DNA of 64,000 nucleotides from positions 62,001 through 126,000 of the forward strand of contig QPGO01000172.1 in assembly GCA_008632985.1 (NCBI GenBank). The letters run 5' to 3'. Source of the DNA: Psammoneis japonica. Its lineage: Eukaryota. Both the position numbers and the translations under genes were made by a program. Positions 25,501 to 38,130 of this stretch are shown here, piece by piece (within the stretch, counting starts at the first letter, position 1; every line of letters starts with the position of its first letter). The notes below the pieces were generated by a model that had not been told where the DNA came from, ran no database searches, and worked only from the letters and a program-made list of their open reading frames with translations.

Positions 25501-28500
25501 CCCATGTTCTCATGACATCACACGTGCACCCCACAATGACAAGACAGCCAACACCCATCACAGCAATGATGACAACCTGCAAATCAGCACAAAATTTTGC
25601 ACATCATGACCATGACACAGTTGGAGCTGATGCACCTCGGTTGGTCAGCAGGTGGTGTGCCACTCATCCTGTTTTTCAGGGCAAACAGACAGGCTCATGA
25701 AGCAATGCGATGCCAATTTAGAGACCGCAGGAGACAACAAGTGAGGAATCCATGAGCATTGAGCATGTTGCCTGGAAAGAGTCATTGCAGCGGGGAGGCA
25801 CAATTGGACAAAACCAGCCACAGCAAATGGCAGCGACGTGTGAACCTTTGATCACTGTCACATTGCGTGCCCTGAGGGGATAACCCTGTGAACAAGAATT
25901 GAGATTGCCATGTTTGCAAAGAAGAGCATGCTGCTGGCATGCTTGCAGACAGAATGGTGTCAGTTGGCACTGTTGCAGAGGCACGGCCAGGATGAAAGTC
26001 TTGCTGACTTCAACACCTGCAAAAAATTCTTAGCACAATTCCTGGGATTGTCACAACTCTTGAAGAACATGACTTTAAAAGCTGGCTTTGGTGTTGTGCT
26101 GGCTGCTGAAGGTTTCTGTGCTGTGCTGAAGCCAGTCCAATGGATCTGGAAACAATGACTTGAGCAGTGGAGGCTGCTGTTCTCAAGCTTGTTTGGTGAT
26201 TTGTCTGCAGAAGAGTGCAGCTTGACCACCTTTGTGCTGTGCACTCCAGCCAGCTGACTCCAGCGAAGCTTCCCACAGAAACTTGCATTTTCTTCCTTGC
26301 AGATGCCGTGCACTGTGTTGTTGCCGAAGTTTGCACATCAATCTCTCCGCTCCACTTCTTCTTCTTCTGCAAATGTCTTGATCAACTTTTCCACAGTTTG
26401 ACTGGACTGCCATCCTGGCCAATTGCCAGCCATTTGCAGACTTGCAATCAGTGATGACATCGGTTGGGATGGACCAGCTTCAACATTGTTGGGGATTCAT
26501 GCCCGGCATCAGCTTCTCAAGGTTGCCTGCACGCAGGGTGTGATCATGCACACACACACCATGTTTTTCAGAGTCTTGCAAGCCCTTCCACTGACCATGC
26601 ACACTGGCAGCACATTGATGGTGGCACTCTTTCAGGCACACATTGTTGTTGCACATGAGGTTGCAGCCCAAAAAATGGCAAATGATGATTCTGCCAAGGT
26701 GGATCTTGCAAGTCTTGGGTTGAGCATCAGATCTGGTTCAGCTTTGAATGTGGCGCTGACAACAAACATTTGCAATGATCAACAGAATGACTCACCTTCC
26801 CCACAGACAGTTTTTCCTCTGGAATGTTTTGAGAGAGTTTTGCTGGGGGAGTGATGCTGCACTGTGCATGCACACAATGCTTTGCTGCTTCTTCTCAACA
26901 GAGAGCCCAAGAAGATGGGGAGAGGTGGTGCCTTGGCAAAACTGATTGCTGCACCTCATTTCCTTTTGCTGGGAGCAAAACCAAGATCAAAAATCTCTTT
27001 CAAAGCTCAGAGAAAGCAGGTCAATTTGACACCACAGCTCTCAGCCCAGGAATCAAGACAAAGTCTGCCCCATCTCCTCTTGAAGTTGGGGCAAGTGGGG
27101 AAATTGCTTGACAGCCAAAGCTGTTGCATGCACTGTCAATTTGAGGACAAAAGAAAAAGCAACACAGCCATTGGGCCAAGCAAGATGAGCAGAACAACAC
27201 AGCAGTGCTGAAGCTGCTCTGCCACCATCTCCCTTGAAATTCTGCTGCCTCATTGATCCAAAATGGAGAGGCAAGATGCTCAAATTGAGCACAATGGTGT
27301 GGGATGTCAAGGATTTTCTTCTTGGAACAATGGCTCTTTCTTGAGCAATGAAAGTGACAAAGCAGATGACACAGGGGCTCATGAAATGAGTTTTGCCAGC
27401 TGGTGGTCCAGTGCTGCAATGAAGTCCAGAGCCAACATCAGCACACCCCTCTGCACTCACTCAAGTCTGGCTCCACAACTCCAAGAAGTGTCCTCCAAAG
27501 TTCCAGGCCCTTCATTGTTGACAATGCAAGCATGCCAATTTTTCACATTTGCACCACAAAGTTGTTTCAGGTGTTGCAGCTGCCACCATTTCCTGCAGCA
27601 GCAAGCAAGTCTGCAGTCACGAGCCCCACTTGAAGGGTGATGTTTCAAAAGATGTGAGAGAAAAATTGCAGTTGTCTGTGCACAAGCAGCAGTCAGCACA
27701 TGTGTGTGCCCAGCTCATGCTCTGCACCTCTCAAAGAGAAAGTGCTGCAAAAATAGAAAGACTGCAAGCCAGTGCAACAGGCTGATTGTGTCATGTGCCA
27801 TTGCATGGAAAGCACTGGCACATGGCTCAGATGTGGTCCATGGGTGTGTTGCTGTCTCCACATCCACTTCACATGCAAAAAAATGCAACAAAGTGCAAGC
27901 ACGCACACACCACCACAGAGGCCATCCAAGCTCACATTTGCTCTGGACAGAAAGCTCTTTCCATCACATGGTTTCATTGTGCTCACATTCTCTCTACAAT
28001 GTTTGGCCACATCAGGCAAGCTGCTTTCTTTCCATGGTCATTGTGACTCAACTTGATCATGGATCATGGCTGAATGCATCATCTCCGAACTGACTTTGAA
28101 GCTCATCACTTTTCCAGCAACAACAGCTGCAATTTTTGGGCTGTCTCTGCCAGCAATGCTCATCTCATTTTTGGCTCTGTTGCTGTTGTTCAACCTCACA
28201 GAGAGGAGCAGACTCCATCCACCCAGCAGGGGCAGTGCTTGCCAAGAGTGCCACACCACCAAACACACCATGGCAAAAATGCCATGCTTGCTTGTGGATG
28301 CACAGCACATGTGTCTCAATGTTGCAGTTTGGCAGCAGTCTCCAATTTTTGCACTTTCTTCTTTTTTCTCATGCTCTAATTGAGACAACAATGACCAACA
28401 TGAGCAAGCTTCTGACAACCACGTTGCCCCTTTTGGCATTGGCAAATCAAGCCACCAGACAGGGCACCAGCATCCCCAATGCAGCAGAGCTCATGGGTGT

Positions 28501-28630
28501 CCTTGGCAGCAACAATTCTTGATTCTTCTCATGCATGGGTGCCAGCAGAACTTGAAATCTTTGTCCTTTTCACTTCAATGCTGAAGAGCAATGCAAGAGA
28601 TCAACACTGTGCTTTGGTGACCCAACTGTT

Positions 28631-29780
28631 TTGCTGACGTTGGTCTGTGACTCCGACAGCACAGGCAGAGATTGCATCTTTGATTGCCCGCCAGCTTCCA
28701 TCCAAGGCAGACTGAACCTTCAGGAATGCATTAAGATCAATGTCAAGCATTGGCAGTGCTTGCCCTCAACAGAGGAAAGTGGGTCTTCAAGAGTGTGGTT
28801 GAGCACCATTCTGTTGGAATCACAGCAGAGTGCGCCACGGCAGCGATTCAAGGAGCTGTCTTCAACACAGTGCAAGTCCAACAAGGGCAATGATTGGTTG
28901 ATGCTTGAAGCAAAGCATCACAAAGTTGCAGATGAGCTGACACTTCCTTTCATGCGCACTTCCATTTTCTGCTCATTTCAACAGCACTGGTGAGGGAATT
29001 GGCTGTGGTGGCTCATGCTCTGTGTCCAACTCAATGTTTGTTGGCTTGCACAAACACAAGGGGTGTTGGCGTTTGCCAATCTCAATCTGAATTGTTTGTT
29101 TCAGAACATTGCTCTCGGTGGTGGTGGCGGGGGCAGCCATCCTCTTCAGGCAACAGATTCCCAGCACAAAACTGGGAGTCACTGACTGCACAGTGCGAGA
29201 CAATTCTCAGGTTGGCAGCCCAGGCTTTGCGCTTTCTGGTGATGCCACTGTGATGTTCATTGGTCCTTCAGTGTTTGTCAACAACACTGCAAGGCAGCAT
29301 GCAGCTCCTGTTGTTCTTGGTGGAGGTGCTCCCTCTGATGGTCTTTGCAACTCTGCTGTTGTGGGACATGTGTCAATGTTCTAGATGGATCCGAGTGCAA
29401 TGGAATCATCGACCTTTCGAAAAAGGCCAAGTTCTGCGAAGCATGCTTTGCTGACATGCCTTCTTTGTCTCCATCAGTTGCACTCTCATCTTCAAGTGCT
29501 CCATCTGCTCAGACATCTTTGGCAGGGACTGGAGCTCCTTCTCTGTCTCCATTGACTGTGCTCGCATCCTCCACAGCTCCACCAGCTTTTCTCACATCTT
29601 CTGTGGCTCCATCTGCTCAACCCACTGTGATGGCCACTGACCCACCCTCCTTTCACCAACGGCTGCCATCATGACTCTGAAACCCAGCTCAAACTGACTT
29701 GGAAGCACCATCAGGTGTGCCTTTGACGGGAGCATCTACATCTGTGAGTCCATCCTTGTTGTCTTCCACCCCTGTCTTCT
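28631..29780 (+). pseudogene. Secreted beta-helix (FxNN.A/GGA) protein with Pro/Ser/Thr-rich tail, hypermutated
   Basis: VTDCTVRDN, SVFVNNTA and LGGGA followed by PSLSPS..APSAQ..APSAQPT repeats, with multiple stops and frameshifts. Confidence 0.5.
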
Positions 29781-30859
29781 TGGGCATCCACATGGCCTGC
29801 TGCTTTTGCTGCTGCTGTTGGTGCAGTTGTTGTGCTGCATTTAAAAACATGGCTTGGTTTGCATGCGTGTCAACTGTTGCTCTCGTTCCCAACAGAATGT
29901 GCACTGCAAAGAAGTCATCTTCATGAATTTCCACTGCAGGAGCAAGCAGTGCATTTTTTTTGGCACATCACAAAGCCATTCCGTCCAAAACCCACTGTCG
30001 TTGAAGACGTTCAAATGGTGCAATGAAGACGTTGAACACACAAGAGGTGGTGCAGACTTAGAATGGTTCAAGCACTTCTTCAAACAGTGGTGTGAAAAAG
30101 TTGATCCAAAGTGGTGTCCTCTCAAGTCGCTGCTTGAGTTCCATGTTGCAGCAGTGACCTCTTGGAGTTGGCCTTGCAAGTGCACTCATGTTGCTTTCTT
30201 GGTGACATTGCCCACAGCGCCCCCCCCCCCCTTGGAATGACCATTCTGACAGGACAAGGACCATGACTCCAAGGTTCTTGTTTTTTTTTTGGCTCCTTGC
30301 AATCCAGATGGGGTGATCACACTGCAATTTGAGTTTTGCAGCCTGCCCCAAAAAGTCTCCTGGGCTGAAAGTTCTGATGCAAGCTTGACATCCAGCAGCA
30401 AAACTCTGTCAAGAAAAATGTGCCAATCAACGAGTTCACATTGCCAACCACGGACCAAGTGGGTGTCATGCAGCCACTGCACATTTTGCTGGTTGCAAAC
30501 ATTGGTGCAGAAAAACGTTTTCTGATGTGACACCCAAATTTGCAAAGAGCAAGAAGAACATGTGGAATGCAAGACCACTTGTGGTTTGGCGATGCCACTT
30601 TGTTGCAACAGGCAAGCAACGATTTTATGACTCATGCCACCTGCTTCTGCAAGGCTCCCCACCACGGTCTCCTTGCACTGGTTCTGCCTGGCAGTTGCTC
30701 TGCTGTGCAACACCAATCAAAACTGTTGGTTTGTGCGGCGAGGCATTTGGTGTTGTTGGTTCATTTTGGCAGCTTCAGCTTCCTGTTTGGCTGCTTCCAG
30801 TTGGTGCTTCTGACCTGGCTGCATCTTGCTTGCTCTGCCTTGCTGCTGCTGCTGCTGCT

Positions 30860-31416
30860 GACGTGTTCCAGCCGCACGTGAACCAAATCGTGCACAAAAA
30901 CAACATTTGCGCGATTTTTGCGCGGTCCCTAACTTTACGATCGAACTTTCACCACCAAAAGTATAGATTTATACAAATGTAAATGTTTTGCAACACTAAC
31001 AAGACTCGTGTGAGTGTTGCAATATCATTGTTATTGTGCTATCTATGTTTTACATTGCGTTAAAAGATTCGTAACACAACGGATGATTTTCGGCGAAAAT
31101 GTTGCCGTTATTTATATGTTACCTAAATATATCTTTCTACGATGCTACTTGGTAGGTTTTCTACCTACAAAAATATCTCAGTATAAATCTACGGACGTAC
31201 AATCAGTATTGAGTCTACTGAGGAAGTTTATGATACATATCCCATGACGATTTGAATACCCCTCAAAAAACTATTTAAATGTACATACTCTAGAAGCCTA
31301 TAAAAGTCAATCCGTCTAAGTATTTTTTATTAAAATGCTGTATACACTAAAGCATGCATAAATTATGTTCAAAATCCGATTGTCGTTTTGTGCGTCACCT
31401 GGGACTGGAACACGTC
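30860..31416. mobile_element. GAC-terminal MITE, subfamily 3, copy F (557 bp, AT-rich core)
   Basis: TIR gacgtgttccag...ctggaacacgtc with tgct on both sides. Inserted in a (tgc)n run and splits a minus-strand poly-Ala coding stretch. Confidence 0.85.
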
Positions 31417-31956
31417 TGCTTCTGCTGCCACTGCTGCTGCTTCTTCTTTCCCCAAGACTTCTTTGTTCCTGGCTTTCCTTTCAGCCTCTTTGTCTGGTTC
31501 CATGAAAAGAAGAAGCTTGTGACCTTGCTGTGCTTGGCACTTGTCGTTTGGTTTGACCTCCTGTTGAGTGTGTGCACTGTGAATGTGCGATGTGCAGTGC
31601 ATGATGCTGACCGCACTCACTTGTTCTGCTCTGTCAAAAGCAGCAAAAACAGCACACTGTGGAGGTGCACAGGCTGTGCAAAAGAAACTCCTCAGTGCAC
31701 ACAATTCTCAACCAAATTTCCCACCACATTTCACAGCATTTCAAACAAATTTTTGCATGTGTTTTGTGCAAGGTCTGACAAAAAAATGTCAGATCATGTC
31801 AGACGATGTCAGAAAATTCAAACACTGGGGAGAAATGTGCCAGGATCACTTCTGCATGGAACCTGCATAGAATCATCTGCAGAGTGCATGTGAACATCAT
31901 CAAAAACAAATGATTGATCTTTGAGAGGAAAGACAAACAAGTGCAATCAAGTGCAC

Positions 31957-32346
31957 GACGCGTTCCAGCCCTAGGTGGGACTCCGTGTGACATTGGGCCC
32001 GTAGAATTCTACGTGCGAGCTCCGTAGTACGAGAATTTAATTAATGGATATATTCATCTTCACTATCAAATAAACGGCCAAGTTTGTGGTACAATTATGC
32101 CTCTTACCACTCGACGTTTTTGCAAATGCACCTGCCCTACGCGATTTTTAAGACATTATAGAATCGCGCTGTAACAAAAAATGTCAAAAGTTGTTGGACG
32201 GATCGCTCAATAACTGTACCGTAAAATGACACAAAATGTCAAAAAAATCACGTAGAAATCTACGTGCGCGACATACGACGTGATTCAAAAAACTATCGAT
32301 GTCACAGTTCAGTAGTACGAGGTCCCACCTAGACCTGGAACGCGTC
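31957..32346 (+). mobile_element. GAC-terminal MITE, subfamily 1, copy C (390 bp)
   Basis: ~25-bp TIR gacgcgttccagccctaggtgggac / gtcccacctagacctggaacgcgtc; TSD gcac/gcac. Confidence 0.95.
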
Positions 32347-33074
32347 GCACTTGAAGTGTGCCCTTTTTTGTGTGCCAGATGACCACGCAGAATTCCATGT
32401 GCAACTTCAGTTGCAAGTGTGCTTTTCAGTTGCAAGTGCACTTTTTGGGCAACCAAGTGTGCTTTGTGTTTCACTCAATGAGTTCAGCACAGCCATCAAT
32501 TTCAATCTGGTTTTTTCTCCCAAAGCTCTGTCATGCAATTTGCCATTGTCCGCAAAAGTGCAGGTGGTCAATTTCTTTGGTCATTTGGCGCTGTTTCAAT
32601 TGCAACTGGATCATTGAAAAAGTGATGATTCAGGAGCTTGGCAGATTTTCTGCACATTCCTGTGCAAGTTGTGTCTGCTGGGTTGTGTCGTGAATGGCAA
32701 ACTGAGTGTGCTTTGATTTGCAATCGTTGCAACTGGTCGCTGTGTTTCCATGCCGCACAAAATTTCTCTGGAATTCAACATGTCTTTTATCTTGCATTTG
32801 ACTTGCCTTTCCCGCCTTGTAAAGAAGCACTGGGGCACTGATTGGTGAGTGTAAAACCCAACTTCTTCACAATTGCACCATGTGGGCTGTTTGTCTGACC
32901 AACCTCTGACAAAATGATGTGGCAACCCAATTTTGTTTTTTGCAGAGGACTGCCGGACACAGCCACACTGCTGCAACAAGCTTGCTCTTCCAGGTGGACA
33001 AGAGCACCTGTTGCATGAAGAATCTGCTCTCTGGACAGGAATTTTTCCACCAATTTCTTTTGTCACAAGCAAGA

Positions 33075-36000
33075 ATGGAGCAGATTCAGTCTCAGCAGAG
33101 GGTGGCTGAAATCTTCCGGGTGATGGAGGCTGAGGTTGGCTCCAGGCACACCCAGCCCAGTGTCCGCTGTGCAGAGGAAAGGCACCACTCAGCTGCTGCT
33201 CCTGAGTCTATCCAGCCCCCTGTCATGAGCAAAAAAGGCTGTGGTGGAAGAGCATGAGTTTCCAAATTGCAAGATGCAGTGGTGGGCCAAAGGCTTGGGT
33301 GAATTTTCCCCTGCAGCAGGCTGGGCAATGGGCACTTGCTCAACAAAAAAGTCTGCAGATGGCTTGAGAAAAGTTTGCAAATGCTGCACGTGTGTCTTTG
33401 TTTGCTCCCTTTGTAGAGAGTTTCTTGAAAGGCCCCAGCAGCCTCAGACAGGAAGGAAGAAGTTTGGGTTGCCGCTCCCTCCCAAGCTGGTGTGCCCCAA
33501 TCATGAGCAAGAGTCAAAATTGGAGCACAAAAAGTGCACCTGCCTGCTGACCTGTCAAGAAGTCAGCACCAGCTCTTGGCTCATGAGCCACAAAGGGAGG
33601 CACCAACACCCAAGCCCCCACCACCAAAGCTCCCAGTGGCAGCACAAGGAAAGCCTGAGGAGTTTGTCAGAGCTGCTCCTGAGTTGACTCCAGCACAGCT
33701 GAGACTTGGAGCTGCAACCAGACCTCAAGTGTCACAGATTCATCCAGCCCTTCACAACAAAGACCACATGAAAAACATGAGAAAGAAGATCTTGAAGCAA
33801 ACAGGGATGAGCTCTTCCATTGCCAGCCTTGTGAATTTCCGAAAGGAAGTGGACCAGAGCTTTATTGTTTTGGAACAGCTCACTGCAGAGGATGCTCACA
33901 TCATCATCGTGCAAGACCAAGACATGATTGACATGCTGAGAGAGCCAGCGTCAGCCATGCAGACTGACTTGGTGGAGGGATTTGTTGTTGATGCAGACTT
34001 CCACGGGCAGATCAATGTCACCTTCTCTTTGCAGTTTGGCACAATGTTGCAGCAGTGGGCCCCAGTCTGCATTTCCATCTTGTTTGGCAAAACTTCTGCA
34101 CACTGCAAAGCCCACTGGCAAAGGGTGCTTCAGTGCTGCCAGACCAACAACTGGGATGATTTCTTGAACAACTTCCAAGGAAACACCACAAGCAACTTTG
34201 CTGGTGCCATTTGAAACGGCTTTTTTGCAGCCATGCAGGAGCTTGCACTTGAGCATCATGACAGGGAAGCCACAGATGAGGAGATTGCCCAGTTTTACAA
34301 CTTTTGTGATGTTCACTTTGAGAGTTCCCACTTTGAGAGGTCCCACATGAGGGTGGCCAGAAACTCTGCTGTTGTCAATCCAGACAGGGAGGACAACTTT
34401 AACCACTGTGTCAACAGCTTGAGGGGCTTTGGCCAAGGAGACTTTGCTCAGTTTGAAAAGTCCTGCGCAAGCTGCTGATCAGATCTCACCCAAATGCCGA
34501 GTCATGGCTGAAGTGGTTTCTCAACCCAAGGAGAGCAAGGATTTTCTTTCCTGCATGCAGGCAGCCAGATGAGCTGCAGCAGCAGAGGCATGAAAAGCTC
34601 TGCACAGACACAAATGCACAGGAAAATGTTGTGAAACAGCTTCAGTGCAGTGTGCCAAAGACCAAGTTGACCATTGGAGAAGCAGCTCTGCATGCTTTCA
34701 AGTTCTGCAATGCCAATGTCTTTGACAGGAAGGCAGCAGCCAGGGGAATTTCACGTCATCATGGAGCTTTCAAGACCATCCAGTCAGGCCACCAGAAGCC
34801 CAAGAGCAAAAGAAAGCAAGGAAGAAAGACAAATGATGGAAGAGCACCAGACACCACAAAGCAGTTGGCAGGGCCAAAAAAGAAGCCTGTGCCCAAAAAG
34901 AGGCCAGGGCAGGCAGCAAAGCTTTGTTCATTGAGCAAGAATCAGGCAGGATGCACCATGAAGCAAACAAGGATCAAGTTCAACACCCCATCATCAAAGA
35001 AAACTGCACCCGGGCATGCTGTGACCTCATTCCAAGGCATCCCATGGAGTGTGCCCAGCAAAGGAGACCGTCCTGGCATCAACAACACTTGCAGGCTGGA
35101 CAGCTTGTGTTGACTTTGCTGTTCTCACTTCACAAACAGCAGCTGATGAAGAAGCCAATGGCAGAGCTGGCTGACCCAGACAACTTCCTGTCAAAGACAC
35201 TCAGCTTGATGGAGAAGGGTGAGTTTGATGATGCCAGACACCTTTGAGTGAGCGACACTTCTGTTCTCAAGGACATGAATCGCCACATCAGAAAAAGTCG
35301 GTTTGCCAAGTTCAACATGTTTGGGTCACTCTCAGCCAGTCCAGGAGCTCCCTTCCCAGCAAGCCAGTCATTTTGAGCCAGCTTTGAGTTCTTTGAAAAG
35401 TGTGCTGCAGGTGACTCTTGGTGTCCTTCACACTTTTCTGATGAGGATGAAGATCATGGGTGCCCAAGGAAAAAGATCTTCAACACATTCCCCACCTCAG
35501 AATTTGACAGCATTCCAGCCACTGCTTCCAAACTTGCCTTGAGAGTGACTTGCAGAAGCATGGGAACTTTCAAGGTGGTGTTGGTGAGGGTGAGGATGGA
35601 GTGATGGTGGCAAGCAACACCCTGGAGGAGAGGCAATGCTGCGGCTTCCTGAACACCGCTGAAAAAGTCATGACGGAGTTCCCACACATGATGGTTTTCA
35701 CAAACAACCCAAAACCTGGCCTTTCATTGGGAAATTTGAAAACAGAGTTCTCTCTTTGTGGGGAACAGTTCAGCTTGAGAGGGACCTTGAATGGGGATGG
35801 TGGAGTCCACTTCACTTCATGCATCAGAGGAGAGGCAAGCTGGATCTTTTGTGATGGAATTGGGGGTGGTTTCCCTGTCTGGGAGAGGCGGATGTTTGGC
35901 AAACAAGACCAGGTTTTTCAGGGAGAGCACAGCTCCCAGATGGTCATCATGGCCACAGTGCACGAGGTCTCAGACTTGGAGGTTGGAGAGGAGAGCAGCA
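33075..36000 (+). mobile_element. Decayed Mutator-like transposase with N-terminal GCM-like Zn domain and downstream USP/C19-like peptidase domain
   Basis: GCM-like GWAM...KCC.CVFVC..C...RP...C.NH...H..C...H.G.H. MULE-like AMQTD, FCDVHF..S..R, WLKW...FFPA, TNAQEN and NDGRAPDTT. Cys box NNTCRLDS at 35081 and His box L.G...G.GGVHFTS..RG..SWIFCDG at ~35770-35860. Confidence 0.7.
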
Positions 36001-37639
36001 AGCCAGGGGAGCAAGAGCAAAGCAAGCCACCAGAGGAAAAGCAGTTGGAGATTGGAGAGGAGAGCAATGAGCCCGGGAAGCAACAGCAAAGCAAGCCAGG
36101 AGAGGAAAAGCAAGGCAAGCAACAGAAGAGGAAGAGAGCAACCTTGGGCAATGGTGCAATCAAGTGGAGACAAGTGGCCACAGCAGTCAATCTTGAGCTC
36201 AGGGAGAGGGGCAAGAAAGGGGGGAGATTGCCAACATGCTGCAGGGGTTTTGCAGCCAGCTCCTCTCTCAGGATGAAAAGAAGAGGCTTGTCCACACCCA
36301 TTGTGAGAAAAAAGACACAAGCTCAAGACAGAATGGCAGCTGCACTGCAGGCTGACATGCATTGGTGGCAAATTTGATGAGAAATCTCTTAAAAAATTGT
36401 TTGAGAAAGAGGAGCATCAAGCAGCCAGAGACCTTCAAGGGCAGCTTGAGCAGGCTGCCAAACATGTGCTGCACTTGATTTGAGGCTGAGGTTTTCAAGT
36501 TTTCTGCAAACAACAACTCTTTTCATTGTCCAATTTAGAACTGCTTTGTCTGCGCATTGTCAGCTTTTACCATGTTCATTGGAGCATCACCCACTGCTTG
36601 GTGCAAGGCGTTTCATCATTCTGGATTCGCCTGCACACATCTGCGTGAAAATGTACCGCACGGCACAGCGCACAACACCCTTACAAAATTTGTCCAGCAA
36701 TGGCGCTTCTGCCGTTGTCTCTAAGTTTGTACCATGGGCTGTATCCAGCTCCTCATGGAAATGGACTCACTCTTTGTTGCAGCGAGTAGAGAGCAGCGAC
36801 TCGACTACGAGATGTTATGTTTCGTGTTTTGTGATTTGATCGACCGTCGTCTTTCATGAAACACGACGTTCAACGTCGCGGTGTTCTTGTTCTTGATGAT
36901 GATGCGACGCGTTCATGCCGGGAAAGATTTTCCTATAGTAGATTTTCCCGGCGATTGCGGCCTACAACGATGAAGACGCTAAATTCCTGCTAGAAGTACC
37001 ATACCGTACTGGCATGGATACCTCCACGACAACTCACCCACGAGACGAAAGGGAAATATTGGTTCTTTTGGGCCGCCGCATGATCTTACTTTGATCTGCA
37101 TGTCTGCCGTGCTTCGTTTTGGGCAAGCCAAATTGGGTAGAAACGCTGAAAACTGGTGTGATGGGTAATGTAGGAAGTGTTGTTGCAGTAGGTTGGTCAT
37201 TTCTTGCATTGAAAGTAGTGGTCATTTTTCCATTTGACATTAGAAATTCTTTGCGCCAAGGACCTCTGGAAGGCGACTTCGAACGAATGGCGGGCTCTGA
37301 CTGAACAGGACGACACTACTGCCGTTGCTCCTACTGCCGTTTCACTTTGGAGCAATGACCCCGTGCGTGTTGTGGCCTCACAAGCTGGGTATAATGATAC
37401 TTTCGAGTAGTACGAAAACAAGGAACAATCTTTGACACAGAAAATCTAAACGGTTTATTCAATGCCACCCCAGTACGCGGTATTCTTGGCTCAGTTACTA
37501 CACCACCACAAGACAAACAAGAAAGTCATCCTCAAGAACAATCTCTAAAGTAGGAGACGGTCTTCACTAGGCTCCAAAATGGTAAGCGACAAAAAATCTT
37601 GGAGACTTCCATCTCACACCCCTCGTCTTTACGGTATCA

Positions 37640-38130
37640 TTCAGAAGTCAAGCTAGTCGAGGGAGCCTTGATGATGACTACCAAGGGTGCTCTGGACATA
37701 TACACGCCCCAACGAATGCTTTTCATGGCGCATGAGAACTTGGAACTTGATCAGGCCGAAGTTGCCAAGATTTACGCCGAAGGAAAATCTCGCGATCCCG
37801 TGTATCGACCCAATATTGACAACAATAACGGTGACAGTACGATTATTTCCCGGTATCCTGATGACCCGGCAACATATACTGACCGACTGGGACGATTGAC
37901 GTACCGTCAACTCTTTGCCATTGTACCCGGTTGCGTGTGTGAGTCCTCGCACCAATCTCGCTGATCTTCTCAAGATCCTACAGCACGGTGGCAGTCACAT
38001 AGCACTGCTGTGTACTTAACCCGAATGCAGTACCTGCCGATGATGGGGTTCCTTCTTTGGACAACCCATGCATTGGCATTGTCATGCTCGAAGACGTCAT
38101 GGAGGCCATTTTGCAGGACTCTACGAAGAA
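37640..38130 (+). pseudogene. Second CNNM/DUF21-CBS fragment
   Basis: EVKLVEGALMMTTKGALDIYTP, IYAEGKSRDPVY, GGSHIALLC and GIVMLEDVMEAILQD, with frameshifts. Confidence 0.8.

Larger units (their letters stand above)
25330..36650. other. TpA- and CpG-depleted hypermutated domain 3 (interrupted by two TA-rich MITEs; edges approximate)
   Basis: Stretches of hundreds of bases with no TA and very few CG. Confidence 0.9.

Noticed and set aside
26150..27420. SF1 (UPF1/DNA2-like) helicase remnant: GPPAGKT and VSVGSFAG on minus, LNVALT on plus
   Set aside because: Motifs are degenerate and lie on conflicting strands, so a profile search is needed
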